A stretch of 64,000 nt of DNA, taken from Azolla caroliniana (taxonomy: Eukaryota; Plantae; Polypodiophyta). Below the pieces are notes generated by a model, which saw nothing but the letters and a program-made list of their open reading frames with translations, searched no databases and was not told the DNA's origin. Made by a program: the position numbers and the translations under genes. Location of the stretch: positions 23,622,001 through 23,686,000 of the forward strand of contig JBHGNT010000002.1 of the NCBI GenBank assembly GCA_043228905.1, given 5' to 3'. Shown one piece after another: positions 1 to 11,557 of the stretch (position 1 is the stretch's first letter; each line of letters opens with the position of its first letter).

Positions 1-273
1 TCCTAATAATGCCTTGTTAGCCATAGCTGTGAGGATTGGTCGTGTAGGGGATCTTTTACTAGCCATTAGCTATTCTATTTATTTTGATTAATTGAAGAGT
101 AATATGCTAAGTCTATTAGGTGATTTTTTCTTAACATTAATGACTTGTGGATTCTCAGCTCAGGAGATTACATTAATTATCAATGGAAAAGATTAAACTC
201 TTAATTAAGAGTTCTACTCCTAAGATTAACGACATGCTGGGTTTTAAGATATGGTGGCATTATGATTTGGCAG

Positions 274-3200
274 GAACAAAGGCTCCATAGGCTTCAATGT
301 CGCGCAGCAGTCGCATTTGACGGTACTCGATCTGATCATCAGGTATGTAAAAAATACTACTAGTTTTTGTATATGTTTGTCATCTGACACAATTTCTGGT
401 CCTCGGAGAGAATTGTCCTGATAAAAAACTCAGTTTTGGCCCTTGGAGAGAATTGGCCTGATTGCAAATGCTACTAGTTTTTTGTATAGGTTTGTCATTC
501 GAAACAATTTTGGAGAGAATTGACGCTTTTAATGAACAATACTACTGTTTTGTGTGTGTTTATCATTTAAAAATTTGGTGACAATCTGCCCTTTTTAATG
601 ACAAATGATAACACTGTTTTGTATGTCTTTATCATTTAACACTTTATTTTGAAGAGAATTGACCTGATGCAAATACTACTAGTATTTTCTGTGTTTCTTA
701 TTTGACACAGATTTGGGGATTGATGGCATACCTTAGTGGTTTATTGTGTGCATGTTTATCATTTGATATATTGTGTTAGTGAATTAATTTTATTGTAATC
801 AACAATCTGTTTTTATTAACAGGAAGCATTGAAAGCCCTGTGGCATGCAGCGTTCCCAGATTTAGATTTAAAAGGACTTATCTCTGAACAGTGGAAAGAG
901 ATGGGATGGCAAGGCAATGACCCATCTACTGATTTCAGGTAATGACACTTATCATAAGATTTTCAGGGTTTTCAATTATCTTATTCCATTCATATTTCAT
1001 GAGATGACCTGAAAATTGCATTGGACTTTGCAGGGGTGGAGGATTTATTTCTCTTGACAACTTGCTGTTCTTTGCAAAAAGATATCCAGTATGCTGATTC
1101 ATATACTAGTGATTGTTTGAACTCTTCTATTATGCTGTTATTTGTTTCAATATACTGGTGAACAAGTTTCACTTCAAGGGTTTTTGAAAGCAAGCTAAAC
1201 CAGAGAAAACTTTTGTGCTGGTCATATTTGTAGTCCTGGTCAATATTTTTATAGCTCATTGTTTTCTCTTTGTGTGATTAGTTTCAAAAAGTCAAAACCC
1301 ATGCTCGATTCATTCCTATGTTTGTGACTAATTAGCATTGCCTCACATACATTGTGCTTTGTACATAATGACTTCTTTTCTCCGCTAACTGGTTTTTGAT
1401 ATATGAACCAGAAAACATTCCAACAATTATTGTGCAAAAAGGGAGGGAGAAGGGCGACATGGGAATATCCTTTTGCAGTCGCTGGGGTTAATGTCACATT
1501 TATGTTGATACAAATGTTGGAGCTTCGTTGTGGTATGAACATTCAAAATCCCTTTGTATTCCCATTTTATCATGGATGATGATCCCAATTGACTACTTAT
1601 ATTTCTCATGTTTATAGATAAGCCAAGATCCTGGGCAGGGTCATCGTTTCGGAAAATTTTGGCAGGTATGTATATAAAAAGAAGCATTTAATAAAAATGT
1701 AAAATTCTGAAATACCCTGCATATTCTTTGTTTCTCAAAATGCCCTTAAGTTTTCATGATTTTCTATTTGAGCAATTATATGATCAGTTGTCTCCATTCT
1801 CTCTCTTTCACGAGTTGACCAAGGGTATTTGAGAAAATAATGAAAATTCAGGTGCATTCAGGGTAAGAAAGAAAAACATGGGGGTATTTAGGACATTTCT
1901 CTTTACTAGTTGATGAGTTTATAAGTAGGCTATTTTTTTGTATGAGAGAATGATGAAACATCTTCCTGACCATGTTTAATCTTTGCTTTTGTAGAAGAAG
2001 AGTCAGCTTTTGATTTGCTCTATTGTGTAGCATTCAAAGTCATGGATACATTGTGGCTGGCAATGCATGCGTCATACATGGAATTCAATGTATGTGATTT
2101 TGTTCTGCTGCATAATTTTAACTTGAATGCAAGTGTAAGGTTACTGGACAACTGACTAACGTGAAGAGAGAAAGAGAGCTCAGACAGTCGGTTGTAGCTC
2201 AGTTAAGTGTTGTCCATTGGAGACCTTGATGCCTCTAACAAGTACCAGTAGATGTTTGAAAAAGTCTCCTTTATCCAGGATGCCAGAAGTTCAAAAAATT
2301 TCATATCCATAATATAGGGAGCGGGATAACCATCTAGCTTAGGCACATGAGGCTTTAAATAAACTATAGTTATAGTTGTGATACAGAATACAAATGAAGC
2401 TACGATGCAAAATAATTACTGCTTCTGTAGGATGCATCTAGCATTCAACTCAGCTTATGATTAATGACGATGCATTATAGAGTCCTCGGAATCAAAGAAG
2501 TGTCCTAGCAGCAGTTTACAATTGTGTGAAGGTCAACAAAAAACTAAGGTTTAAAAATTATAGGTAGAACAATATTAGAGATAGGATGCCAATTAACTTG
2601 TGTTTCCATGATCAACTGTGTGTGAGATAGATATCTTTATGACATCCACTGGAGACTGATTATGAAGCTGGGTTCTCTCAATTTTATGACTTTTGATGCT
2701 ACGGTGTAACCCACCAAGCCAAACCTGGGTTCTCTCAATTTTATGACTTTTGATGCTACGGTTTAACCCACCCAGCCAACAGCCAGAGAGAGAGATTAAC
2801 ATCTCTAAAGAGGCCAAGGAGGCCAATAAATACCAAAACAATACAAAATTGGCTCGTTTGCTTGATTGAGAAATGAAAATTTTGAAATACTAAACAGATA
2901 CAAAAGTAAGCTGGTCATATTGGCCCATCCTAAAGTCCCACAAGATGGCTCATCTCAATTGTTCTGTTTTGCTTAAGCCCCCATGGTTCACAATGATGCC
3001 GCTTATTTGTTTGCGTAGAGGGTATCTCATTCTTCTCCTATGTGGTATAGGGTATCTCCTAGTCATGAGTGCTTTCTCCAAGGTAATACCTGTAGATAAG
3101 TTCGACCACTACTCTACTTGGGCTTAAAGGGAGGTATGTGGAAGAGGAAGTTAAGGTTGATGCCCGTGTTTTTACCGATTGATGTGGGTCTGCCCTATCT

Positions 3201-3783
3201 CCTGATCTGTGCCTCGGAAGTCCCATGAGATAGAAACTCGCACAAATTTGATCCTTGGATTGCATGAGATAAAAAAGTTCACCTAAGGCTCTTAAAGTTG
3301 GTCCTTCAGGTTATGCTTACTTATGACATACTCTCCCAGACTACTATGTGTTCCTATGTTATATAGGTCCTTATGGGTTTGTTGCAGTTTGTAAGATAAT
3401 CAGTTTCCCAAGTGTCCTACCCATAACCCATTAAAATCAGCTTTAGTGTTGGTCCTTATGGTTATGCTTATAACATACTTTCTAGACTAACCATGTTTCA
3501 TAAGTACTCATGTATTTGTTCTGATTCCCACAATAACTGGTTTCCTAACTATCCTACTCTTACCTCTTTAAATTTAGCGTAAGAATTGGACCTTAAGGTT
3601 ACCGTCTATGAGAGAGAGAGAGTTTAATATAAAAAATCATAAATAATATGACTGCATGGATGCTGCCAGATGGTATTGAAAGCTACACGTGATCAACTTG
3701 AAGAAGAACTCACCATGGAATCTGTGAGTAGGATTGAAGACATGCCGTCATATACTCTACTTTACCATGGAGTTTCTTACTAG
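274..3783 (+). CDS. ELMO/CED-12 domain-containing protein (ELMOD family, putative ARF-GAP), 5' end lies upstream of the window
   Basis: Phase-consistent GT-AG exons 274-342, 823-938, 1034-1088, 1412-1532, 1618-1665, 1995-2089, 3670-3783 (TAG). They give ...EQWKEMGWQGNDPSTDFRGGGFISLDNLLFFA...WEYPFAVAGVNVTFML...AFDLLYCVAF...YMEFNMVLKATRDQLEEEL..., the hallmark motifs of plant ELMOD proteins. Confidence 0.93.
350..780. repeat. Degenerate ~60-70 bp tandem repeat filling the first visible ELMO intron
   Basis: Recurring unit ATACTACT(A)GTTTT..GT.TGTTT.TCATTT.A.ACA.TTT..GGAGAGAATTG.CCTGAT, seen about 6-7 times. Confidence 0.7.
1699..1901. mobile_element. MITE-like element with diverged ~70-bp terminal inverted repeats in ELMO intron
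   Basis: The left arm AAATACCCTGCAT..AATGCCCTTAAGTTTTCATGATTTTCT matches the reverse complement of the right arm (AAATACCCCCATG..AATGCACCTGAATTTTCATTATTTTCT). It resembles the element at 24050-24275. Confidence 0.6.
2668..2779. repeat. 57-bp near-perfect tandem duplication (2 copies)
   Basis: CTGGGTTCTCTCAATTTTATGACTTTTGATGCTACGGT.TAACCCACC.AGCCAA starts at 2668 and 2725. Confidence 0.9.
3297..3610. repeat. Degenerate ~150-bp tandem repeat in ELMO last intron
   Basis: TTGG(T/A)CCTT..GGTTA(T/C) unit starts near 3297, 3448 and 3585, with similar downstream sequence in the first two. Confidence 0.6.
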
Positions 3784-4899
3784 GTCTTGTTGAAGGCACA
3801 CAAATACATGTACAACATAAGGGACTTCTTCTTAAATCAAAAGTAAGAAGATGGCCACACTATACATTATAGTTGTAAAAATATGTTGTTTTCAAGAAAG
3901 CATGTGTTTCCTCCTTTTGTCTTCTTCTTCTTTTCCTTTCATGGATTCACCCTAGTGATACCCTATTAGACTATCAACTTCAAGATTTTGGGTTCAAATC
4001 TTGACTTCTGCACATTTTGGGTACGTTATATAACTTTTTCTGATCTACATACCTGGTTGGGCTCAAATTTGTACTTCCCACATCTCTCCCTCTCCTCCCT
4101 CCCCCTTTTCTTGGTAATGGGCTTACCCTAGCTCTTAGGAAAGAAATTAATTATGGGGAAAGGTATGAATTGCTAGCACTTGAATAACAAAATTACACAC
4201 AGGGGAAGACTCGATACAAGATTCGAAGTGCATGATTTCTCGTGAAAATTGAAAGTAATTTGGTCAAAGGGTCAATATTCATAACCATCAACATTCCAAA
4301 ATATTTGCCCTTCTTAAAACAAGTGAAGTCGTACATGTTTTCTCCACTCGAAAATAGATGGTCATGAAATCCGCAACGCTTAAGAATCAATAAAAAAATA
4401 CCAATATTAAAAAGCGGATTTTCGTGAGCCATGCATTTTGATCGGTCTGAAAAGAGCTTTCTTATTTCTTATACGACATCACGTACTAAGCCTAGTGCGA
4501 GGACCAAGTCAGAGTAATCTAGATCCAAGTGAACACAAGGAGAGCATTTCAAAAAATACATTTTTGAATGTAACAATGCTACTATATTATATATGGTTTA
4601 ATGTTCAAGTGTTTGAAATGGTTGGACTTTTCTACATTGGTAATAGAATATGTCTACCTTTATCTAAATTTCTTAATTTCCTATGAGTAAGAAAAGGGAA
4701 AGAAAAGTTTGGTGGTTGAAATTTTTTCCACATTGAATATATTGAACAAGGCATTATGTGCATGGAGCAATATGAGCTCCACATAAGTTATTTGCATCTC
4801 GTTTGCGAATAAATTTACATCAAACTTATGTTTAATAAGAAAAATGTCTTAACCATTTAAAATTTACAACGGCATAAATATATTTTCATCCTAAATATG

Positions 4900-6300
4900 T
4901 AAATATGTAATCATACATGAATGAGAGAGAAGACCTTTCCAATGGGCCTTTTAACAAATGGCTCAAGTATTACCATTACCACATTGAACTTCAATTTGAG
5001 TTTGGTGGACAATCTATATGAGCACACTTCCAAAGCTTGAAAGGATGGTTGCTTTGGGAATTTTATTTGTTGAAAAAGTCAAATATATTGGACAAAGAGG
5101 ATTTGTGACCATGTAACTTGTTTAGCCACCATGTCCGCCATTTATATTGGCCCTTTGGCCATATAGTTCGTAAGGTGTTATGATTTTAGGGGAATGATTT
5201 TTCCAGTGCTTTAATTGTAAGGTAATCTATTTTCATAACTAATACATTATTCTTCTCAAAGAGAGTGAGTGTGTCATGGTATCACTATAGTCATTTTCAC
5301 TCACAATTATTAATATAATTGTGTGTTTTCACCCAAAAAAAAGAGACCTTAATGCAAATTGGAATGTTCAACCCCAATATTTTTAGTCATCTACCAAAAA
5401 GGTGGCATTAGAACCAAAGTATCTAACCACGGAAATTCAAAGAGAAAGAAAAGTGTTGATAAAGAGGGTGAGTATGTTCCATGCATTTTGAAGGGCTGGC
5501 AAAATTTACGAGGAAAATTATGAATTGAAAGATAATATGTTATAATACACTTGCTTGCTCAAGTTGTTTTAAACATGAACAATTTTGTTAGGGGTTTGTT
5601 GAAGTGATTCATTATTTACAAGAGTGATAGTTAACTATTAATCAGGTAGGTAATATTATTGCTAGAGGTTGTGGAATTGATTCATTCAATGTAATGTTAG
5701 CTATAATAGGAAACATCCTAATCCATGAACATATGAAACATTGTTGATAAAGCCATGATAATAATTGAGTTTAAATAATGTAGGTAAGGTACGTAATACA
5801 TGAGGCCCTGGGACATGCAACCCCAATCACCTAACATAAGGATCTATCATGTTCATTGACCAATACTTAATTTTCAATCTTTCGTAAGCCTTCAATATTG
5901 TTTAAAACTTAAATGTTTCTTATGTTACCATATAAAATATCCACTCACTAACTCCTCAATGGATGGATACAAAGGCTAAATCCACGATGATGAATGATGT
6001 TTGTGGTCTTTCCTTGAGCCTCCAACAATTTTTAATGCCATTTAAAATATTTTCTTCAATGCTTGAACACTTGGAATTCAATCAAAGTCAGAAGGAAGTG
6101 CATGTCAACATGAACACCCATAACCTCAACCCAATTGGCAAAACATATCATGTTGCTCTACCAAGGAAGCTATAAATTAGAGGATGCAAGGTCAATCTAT
6201 ATAAATACTTAGTGTATAGGGCACCCATAATCTATCATAGAGTGCAACAAATATGCAAGATTATTATGGTATCCTCTCGTATATAAGAAGCGTCTCTCGG
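4900..6300 (-). mobile_element. Heavily decayed non-LTR (L1-like) retrotransposon fragment
   Basis: Interrupted minus-strand readings resemble the L1 RT motif QGCPLSP (YGCP, ~6220) and the zf-RVT motif K.flW...rLpt (KLWKC..RLSTKL, ~5000-5040). Many stops and frameshifts. Confidence 0.35.
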
Positions 6301-6965
6301 GTGGCAAGCAAATGTGACTTTTTACATGCACAACTTAAAAGTATAAATGCCATGAATTTCTTGGAGTAAAAACAATATTGTTTGGTACATCATTCTTGAT
6401 CAAGTAAGCTCTCAACTACTCTGAAGCACAAAACTATCAAAAAGCTCAAAGTAGAGCTTACATAGACTTGGGTATTGTCAATGGATATATTATTATTCAG
6501 GTGGGATTATACAACCATATGTGTATGTATATACATTAAATATATGAACTCTTACTATGTCCACAAATGTATGCTATGATATGGCAAAAGCATATAGGAT
6601 ACATCAGTCAAATCAATAGATTGTTACATATAGAATGTATAGCCACTAACTGTGAGCCATAGTTGCAGAACCAGCCGAGGGAGAAGAAAGCTAAAAGAAT
6701 GGAGTGGGCTGTGCACATGAATCAGCTCTCACTAAATATGGGCTACTGTGAATCTGCAAAGAGAGTATGAGCCCTTAATGAAGATGTCTCTAGCTCTAAT
6801 TAGATGACGACGAGGCCATGTTTGAAATATGAACATGATCACAAGTGATATCTAACAGAGAGAACTTTTTGTCCAATATCATATTTGGTTCCTTTTGTCA
6901 CTCTCTTGCTCTCCTTTAGTTCATCATCGCCCTAACTATAGGTGGTTCATCATCAAATTTTAACT

Positions 6966-9191
6966 TCATACTAGACACTCCACTTTATTTTCTCCACCTA
7001 AAAAATTGTCCCTATGGGCACTTCTTTTCATTTTCTTACATTCCTCCATCATACCAGCATCACCATAGATTTCTGCCATGAGAACATATGCAGTTGGTTC
7101 AGATGCGTCAATCCGAACAAGATGATCGAAACATTGTCTACCTCTAACTACATCTCCTAGTGTCCGGCAATGGCTCATTAAGGACCTCCAACCCACTTCA
7201 CAAGGTGAGAATGGAAGAGTTCGAAGCAAACTCTCAGCATCTTTCACATGGCCCGTCCGGCCAAGGAGATCGACCAAGCACATGTAATGCTCGAGGTTTA
7301 GTACCAATCCATAGTCGGCCAACATAGACTGCAGGTGTAGGAGCCCGTCTTCTAAAAAACCTCCATGACTACATGCAGAGAAAAGTGAAATAAATGTCGT
7401 GCAATCAGGTAATACTCCTTCTCTTTTCATGTTATTGAAGCATTGGATGGCCAACTCGTGTGCACCGTGTTGTGCATAGCCATTGATCATAGCATTCCAT
7501 ATAATACCACTTGGCCTTGAAAGCTTAGTGAACACTTGAGAAGCACATTCCATGTTTCCACATTTGAAATACATATCAATGAGAGCACTTCCAAGCATGG
7601 CATCTATCTCATCACAATCATCAAGTATATATAAATGTACAGCTTTTCCTTGATCCAGCCCTACGGTTGCAGCGCATGCCTGCAAGATACCTACAAGGGC
7701 GATACTATCAAGATGTAAACCCTCTTGTTGCATTTGATGAAATACTTGGAAAGCCTCTTCGCTATGTCCACACTGAGTATAGCCCGATAACATTGTGGTC
7801 CAGGTAACCACATTTCGATTGGGCATATCAGAAAACACTTTTCGAGCATCATAAATGCTACCATTGGCAACATACATGTCAACAAGTGCACTTCCAATCT
7901 TCAAAAGGAGGTCGACGGCATATTCAACTATAAAGCAATGCATTAATGTGCCTAAATCATAAGAGTTTCCAAAAGCGGCCGACCTTACAAGAGCCAAAAA
8001 GGTCACTTGATCAGGCTCTACCCTCTCTTCCAACATGTGGCAGAAGAGAAGGAGGGCAGATTCAACATGGCCATGGTCCATAAGACCTGTAATCAAAGTA
8101 TTCCATGTCACAACATCTTTCTGCACCATCTGGTTAAAGACCCAAGTAGCTTTATCCAAGCTACCACATTTAGCATACATGTCAATCAATGCATTGTTAC
8201 ACATAACCACATTTGACTCCATCTTTTGGCGAGAGAGTTGAGAAGCCCCATCCATGCTACTACATTTAGCATACATGTCAATACGTGTATTATTACACAT
8301 AGCCAAATCTCGATCCATTATTGGCGTACTATCCAAGTTGCCATGTGGTGTATACATGTTAATAAATGGGTTGTTACACATAATCACATGATTCTGCATC
8401 ATCTGGCCAGCATCCAAGTTATCAAATTTACGGTACATGTCAATCGATGTGTTATTACACATAACCACATCTTGCTGCATTGTCTGCGTACGATTCAAGT
8501 TACAACATTTAGCATACATGTTGATTGTCGTGTTGTTACATACAACCACGTCTCTTTTCATTATGTTACAACCATTTCCGTCACCACATTTATCATCCAT
8601 GTCTGTGACTATATCTCTGTTCAGAATTTGGGTACTATCCAACATACCACATCTACCATACATATCAACCAATGTGTTATTACACATAAAGCCTAGTCCT
8701 ATTTGGATGTGGAGTAATCCTCTAGCCAAGGCATCTACATGCAGAAACGTACCAAGTTTCAGACAACATATCTGAGCACAAGCCTGAAGAACAGAAACCA
8801 TGACGTGGCCATCAACATGAGCTCCCAATAAGACCATATGGCGATATAGTCTAATAGAGTCACAAGGTTTCCCATGCTTTGTATGGGCTGAAATGATCTC
8901 AGACCAAGCAAAAGAATTAGGGTTCGGCAATCTATAGAAGGTATTGCGGGCATCAGGGAAGTGATCAAAAACAGAGTAAAAACGGATGAGCTGAGATCCA
9001 TAGAAGAAGTCAGTTTCGATGCCATGGGCGGTGATGATGGAATGCAAGATCTGGCCTTGTGAGAGAGGAGGGAGAGAAGGGTCGTTCTGCTTCTTCTGCT
9101 TCTTCTTTTTCTTGGTGTTGTGGTCGATACAGTCTTTGAGGATGCGAGTGCAGAAGAGACGAAAGCCATTGGGGAGGCAATCGCCCATCAT
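6966..9191 (-). CDS. PLS-class pentatricopeptide repeat protein, E-type (no DYW domain), intronless, 741 aa
   Basis: Open ORF with P (VVTWNTLITG..., VVTWTTMLSGY...), L (..GILQACAATVGLDQGKAVH..) and S (..ALIDMYAKCGSLDKA..VF..M..KD) motifs. These are followed by P2-L2-S2 (HYMCLVDLLGRTG) and E1/E2 (GWRSLMSHCRTLGD...AYVLMAEIY). The ORF stops before any PG box or DYW domain. Confidence 0.95.
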   Translation of the reverse strand: MMGDCLPNGFRLFCTRILKDCIDHNTKKKKKQKKQNDPSLPPLSQGQILHSIITAHGIETDFFYGSQLIRFYSVFDHFPDARNTFYRLPNPNSFAWSEIISAHTKHGKPCDSIRLYRHMVLLGAHVDGHVMVSVLQACAQICCLKLGTFLHVDALARGLLHIQIGLGFMCNNTLVDMYGRCGMLDSTQILNRDIVTDMDDKCGDGNGCNIMKRDVVVCNNTTINMYAKCCNLNRTQTMQQDVVMCNNTSIDMYRKFDNLDAGQMMQNHVIMCNNPFINMYTPHGNLDSTPIMDRDLAMCNNTRIDMYAKCSSMDGASQLSRQKMESNVVMCNNALIDMYAKCGSLDKATWVFNQMVQKDVVTWNTLITGLMDHGHVESALLLFCHMLEERVEPDQVTFLALVRSAAFGNSYDLGTLMHCFIVEYAVDLLLKIGSALVDMYVANGSIYDARKVFSDMPNRNVVTWTTMLSGYTQCGHSEEAFQVFHQMQQEGLHLDSIALVGILQACAATVGLDQGKAVHLYILDDCDEIDAMLGSALIDMYFKCGNMECASQVFTKLSRPSGIIWNAMINGYAQHGAHELAIQCFNNMKREGVLPDCTTFISLFSACSHGGFLEDGLLHLQSMLADYGLVLNLEHYMCLVDLLGRTGHVKDAESLLRTLPFSPCEVGWRSLMSHCRTLGDVVRGRQCFDHLVRIDASEPTAYVLMAEIYGDAGMMEECKKMKRSAHRDNFLGGENKVECLV

Positions 9192-9465
9192 GATGTGCTT
9201 CCTTCACCATTTTTGTGGCTTCACTGTTTTTTGGACGAAGACAATGAATGAATGAATGAATTGAATTGAATGAATGGAGTTAATTTAGTTTACTTGCCTT
9301 TGTGTATTGTAAATTGTAATGAAAAGTCAATCAAAATAGGGATGGACGAAAGCCGGTCGTCGAACCCGTGACCGACGACCAAACATACACAAGACAGAGA
9401 CAGACAGAAGATAGACAGAGGGTTTTTCAGTTTCGGCGACTTTGGACACTAAACCCGTAATGATA

Positions 9466-9468
<3 letters not shown>

Positions 9469-9536
<68 letters not shown>
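9469..9536. repeat. (GA)n microsatellite
   Basis: Long perfect GA run. A compound (TG)n(AG)n run follows at 9689-9734. Confidence 0.95.
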
Positions 9537-9540
<4 letters not shown>

Positions 9541-9685
9541 GTTATCGCCTTCCGATGTTAAATATGAGGTAGGCCCTATGAGACCAAAAATATTACATGA
9601 AATGTAATACATGTGAAAGTGAATAGCGACTCTCTATGTTCAAGAACTTTACCAATGAATGCTTGCAATCGAGAGTGCACATCGC

Positions 9686-9735
<50 letters not shown>

Positions 9736-9824
9736 TGGATCGGTTTTTGTTATTGTGCTTGGATGTCAAACACACGACCTATGCACGAAACAATTTTTCA
9801 TCGACATTTCTTTGGTGGCGAGTA

Positions 9825-10495
9825 GAGAGTATGTCCATCACCACTATACTCTAAATATAAAGTTTTTGTGATTCACTTACCTCCATCAATGTGAAGATCG
9901 ACGAGCAAAAGGTGATGCATGTATACATTAGTTATTGCTTTATCTCACTCGACTCTACCATCATTAGGAGAGATACATGCCCCGCATTCTCCAACTTATA
10001 ATCAATGTTGTTGTTCAAAGAGAATTAATTACATAGGCAATGAGAAATTTTAGCATCAAGAAATAAATAATTTATTCACACTCGGATCATAGCTACACAT
10101 TTGGGGAAGCTTGAATCAAGGAAGATTAGACAATGGTTGCAATCGAGGACGATTGGCTAACGATTGAAACCATGACACTGACAGTGGAACTACAAAAGAG
10201 AGGGGAGTTCTCAAGGTGGGCATTACGAAAACAATGTGAAGAGTTGGCTCTACAATGAGGCCAACCACATAGAGATAATTTGTTTGAAGAAGAAGCTTGA
10301 TGATGGTAATAGTTGGGAATTCACGAGCTACGCCTCCAATTCTAAGTATGCTGATTATAGTAGAGTATTCTTAATGAACCAAATGATTTGACTCCATGTC
10401 TATAAGCAAACATTGGTATGATTATGTGTGGTTTATTGACTCCGGCACGTCCAACCACATAAGTAATCAATCATAATTGAATGGTTTCATGATTG
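9825..10495 (+). mobile_element. Decayed Ty1/copia gag-protease remnant
   Basis: Frameshifted gag-like SMSIT.YTLNIK..CDSLTSINVKIDE (~9825-9905) and a degenerate zinc knuckle (W..N..NH.E..CLKKK, ~10245-10295). The clear copia protease motif WFIDSGTSNHI begins at 10429. Confidence 0.75.
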
Positions 10496-10636
10496 TTAGA
10501 CATGTAGCAAACTTGGGTATGCTTGCATCTTACATCACATCTAGCACAATAATCATTACATTGCCATTGTAAATTAGCAAGCTTTCTATGCAATAACTAT
10601 TTCATCACTTTTCATACAAGAAGAAATTGATCTTGA

Positions 10637-11080
10637 CTAGATCAAACATCACGTTACAATTGCTTATTTTGATCAAACAACAATTGTAAAACTTCTCCTA
10701 ATCAAACTGACACGACAACAAAACACTTCTCAATCTAGTCAAATCACATCACAATAAACTTCTCCCAACCAAACCTAACATCGACAGATATACTTTCGCA
10801 TCTAGTCAAACAACAATGGAAAACTTCGTTGCGTGATCAAAACAAACAATAGCAAAGGCATTTCTTCTTCCGGACAAATAACAATGGGAAGCTTTTCCCG
10901 GTCATCAAATCAAACCACAAAAAGAAGACAATTGTCGTTCCCATTAGACCACACAATACACCTCTCCCTCGGATCAAGCAACAAAACAAAACGTGCATCT
11001 CCCCATGATCACTAGATCAAACAGCAAACATGCGCTTGTCTTGATCTCCTTCCCGATCAAACAACATTGAGAGAACCTCC
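10637..11080. repeat. Degenerate ~30-35 bp minisatellite (GATCAAACAACAA..AAACTT core)
   Basis: About 12-13 imperfect units starting GATCAAA, AGTCAAA or GGACAAA, followed by A/C-rich then pyrimidine-rich tails. Confidence 0.55.
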
Positions 11081-11171
11081 CAACCTGAGACATGTCTCTG
11101 TAGTATAAAAACAGGAACACTCTAACCGACACAGGGGGACCAAAGGAATAGATGGCTATGTGTGTGTGTTG

Positions 11172-11330
11172 TGGTTCGGTTCGGTTCGGTTCGGTTCGGT
11201 TTGGGGCGGGGCAGGGGCTTAAAATCAAACGCTTTTCCTCGTGTGAAACTGACGAAGTCGAAGAAGATTGAAACACATTTATATTCAGCAGTCTTGGCTA
11301 TGGTGGTGATTCAAACTCTGCAAACCCTAG
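11172..11330 (+). promoter_or_regulatory. Probable promoter/5' leader of the RRM gene: (GGTTC)n run, GC box and telo-box
   Basis: (GGTTC)5 at ~11172-11197, GGGGCGGGGC at ~11203 and AAACCCTA at ~11322, about 230-390 bp upstream of the ATG. Confidence 0.4.
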
Positions 11331-11557
11331 AAATCTGTCTCTGTCTCTGTCTACCCACAGAATGGCGACGAATGTTTTCCTCCCCGCTCTGCCTCCCGCC
11401 TTCAATCTCTGATCTTCTCTGTTTCAGGTAAGTAAGAAAAAAAGAAGAAAAGAATAATCATAAACAGGAAGCTGAACACAATAGAAACCTCTGCGCTTCC
11501 TTTCCTGTTTCCTGTTTTTATTTTTCCCCACCGTCTTTGCTCTCCGTCTCCGTCGCT

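Noticed and set aside
8007-9255. Plus-strand ORFs antisense to the PPR gene
   Set aside because: Shadow ORFs caused by the repetitive PPR coding strand.
10637-11080. CRISPR-like repeat-spacer array
   Set aside because: Eukaryotic context, repeats are short and degenerate, spacers are similar to each other, and there are no cas genes.
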